A stretch of 64,000 nucleotides of DNA. Source: Octopus sinensis (lineage: Eukaryota). The stretch spans positions 25,544,001 through 25,608,000 of the forward strand of contig NC_043014.1 of NCBI RefSeq assembly GCF_006345805.1, written 5' to 3'. Under the pieces are notes generated by a model. The model was not told where the DNA came from and ran no database searches. It saw nothing but the letters and a program-made list of their open reading frames with translations. The translations under genes and the position numbers were made by a program. This document shows, piece by piece, positions 62,657 to 64,000 of the stretch (position 1 is its first letter; every line of letters starts with the position of its first letter).

Positions 62657-63159
62657 ATAGTAAAAAGGTAATAAAATAAATTATTATTACCGGTGATCTA
62701 GCACAAAAGACATGTTAGCCGTTAGACTATATGTTATTCATATATAAGTACATTAAAAGGCCTCTAAAAGAAGAAGCAAGTAGATCACCGGTAATAATAA
62801 TTTATTTTATTACCTTTTTACTATGTTTACATATTTCTCGATAAATTTTGATCGTAGACCCTATACCAGAAACCCCTCTGTTTGTCGGGTATGTTTTGCG
62901 TCTGCGCAATGGTCTTAAAAGTTAGAGAATGCTAGTCGCTAGAACCACACATGTTTCTAACGAAATGTACTTCTAGGATAACAAAGGCTGCTTACTGAAG
63001 AGTCTAGCCTTGGCAGATAAATTATATTTACTGCTAAAAAAAAAGACGAAACTGCAGTATTAGATGAGCCAAGTTTGTAAACGTTTTTGATTTTATTTCA
63101 TTGAATTTATCCACTTTTTGTGATCTAGTACTTGCTTCTTCTTTTAGAGGCCTTTTAAT
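62652..63159. mobile_element. PLE-type HHR element with a circularly permuted inverted segment, inserted in (TA)n
   Basis: Perfect 49-bp inverted repeat 62652-62700 / 62781-62829; 62752-62788 is the reverse complement of 63120-63159 apart from a 3-nt gap. Confidence 0.7.
62986..63070 (+). ncRNA. Type I HHR motif, canonical core, imperfect stem I
   Basis: CTGAAGA 62995-63001; stem II GTCT/AGAC with an inner GCAG...CTGC hairpin; GAAA 63048-51; palindrome ACTGCAGT; GUA triplet. Confidence 0.7.
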
Positions 63160-63247
63160 AAATATATATATATATATATCTCTGAGAACGCCATGTTGGA
63201 TCGTTAGCCCCTACAGGCAATTTTTTCTCTCGTTTCTTTTCTGTGCA

Positions 63248-63285
63248 TCTTTCTGTCGAAGAGAGTAGGCTCGAAACGTAAAAGA
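63248..63285 (+). ncRNA. Miniature type I HHR-like motif with an A6U core variant, within a short PLE-type repeat (~63180-63380)
   Basis: TCTTT CTGTCGA A GAG AGTAGG CTC GAAA CG T A AAAGA; palindrome ACGT; GUA triplet. Confidence 0.55.
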
Positions 63286-63380
63286 CTTGTTTTATTTCTA
63301 TTCCTGAGCGCCATACTAATACATTGTTTGTTTGTACTCCACCTGCCTTCGTCTTTTGTTTATTTTTGTAAACCTTCCCG

Positions 63381-63428
<48 letters not shown>

Positions 63429-63528
63429 GTGTATACATGTATGTGTAGACATATATATATAGATGTACATGTAATATGTACACATATATACATGCATACA
63501 TATATACACACATATACACACATACATA

Positions 63529-63900
63529 GGTGCAGGTGTGGCTGTGTGGTAACACACTTGGTTCCAAAACACGTGGTCCTGAGTTCAGTCCCACTGTGTG
63601 GTAACTTGGCATGTGTCTTCTGCTATAGCCTCAGACCAACCAAAGCCTTGTCAGTGGATTTTGTAGACAGAAACTGAAAGAAATCAATTGTATACATATG
63701 TATATATGTAAGTCAATGTGTGTGTCTTTGTGTTTCTCCCTCATCACTGCTTCACCACTGGTGTTCATTTATTTACTGTTTTCACAAGAAGAAACTGATA
63801 GAATAAGTACCAGGCTTATCAAATTAAAAAAAAAGCACTAGCCAGTGTCTCATATTTTTGTTTGCCCACTCAGTTGTATCTATCAATTTATCTTTGTGTG
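63529..63900 (+). mobile_element. tRNA SINE plus unique 3' flank, paralogous to 17504-18240
   Basis: Same SINE variant and the same non-SINE flanks on both sides as the 17.5-kb copy. Confidence 0.75.
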
Positions 63901-63915
63901 TGTGTGTGCATGTGT

Positions 63916-63991
<76 letters not shown>

Positions 63992-64000
63992 GTTTAAATA

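Overview
AT-rich animal genomic DNA. The repeat families look octopus/coleoid-like, but that is an inference. The whole window lies inside one protein-coding gene that the ORF track does not show: acylglycerol kinase (AGK) on the minus strand. I reconstructed six phase-compatible GT-AG exons (49159-49061, 27141-27106, 21827-21733, 12979-12910, 11625-11546, 5225-5017); the 5' and 3' exons appear to lie outside the window. The introns are packed with transposons: RTE LINEs, an R4-like LINE, Penelope-like elements (PLEs), mariners, Helitron-type elements, a Gypsy/Mag LTR element and tRNA SINEs. Two systems stand out. (1) A set of PLE-type elements carrying type I hammerhead ribozyme (HHR) motifs with palindromic, dimer-type stem III. 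These include a non-canonical G3-C8 base-pair-swapped core (39020-39373), a tRNA-SINE/HHR hybrid (55219-55655), an A6U-core variant (63248-63285) and an apparently intact HHR (17021-17119). Several share the architecture 'long copy plus head-to-head inverted 3'-truncated copy', two with 12-bp target duplications. (2) A 6.2-kb Merlin (IS1595/ISXO2-like) transposon with an intact transposase and a 9-bp TSD. Its foldback arms contain asymmetric 316-bp satellite arrays built from the transposase's own C-terminal coding sequence, and it is nested in a piggyBac-like element inside a Helitron-like element. All folds and alignments were done by eye; no database searches were run.
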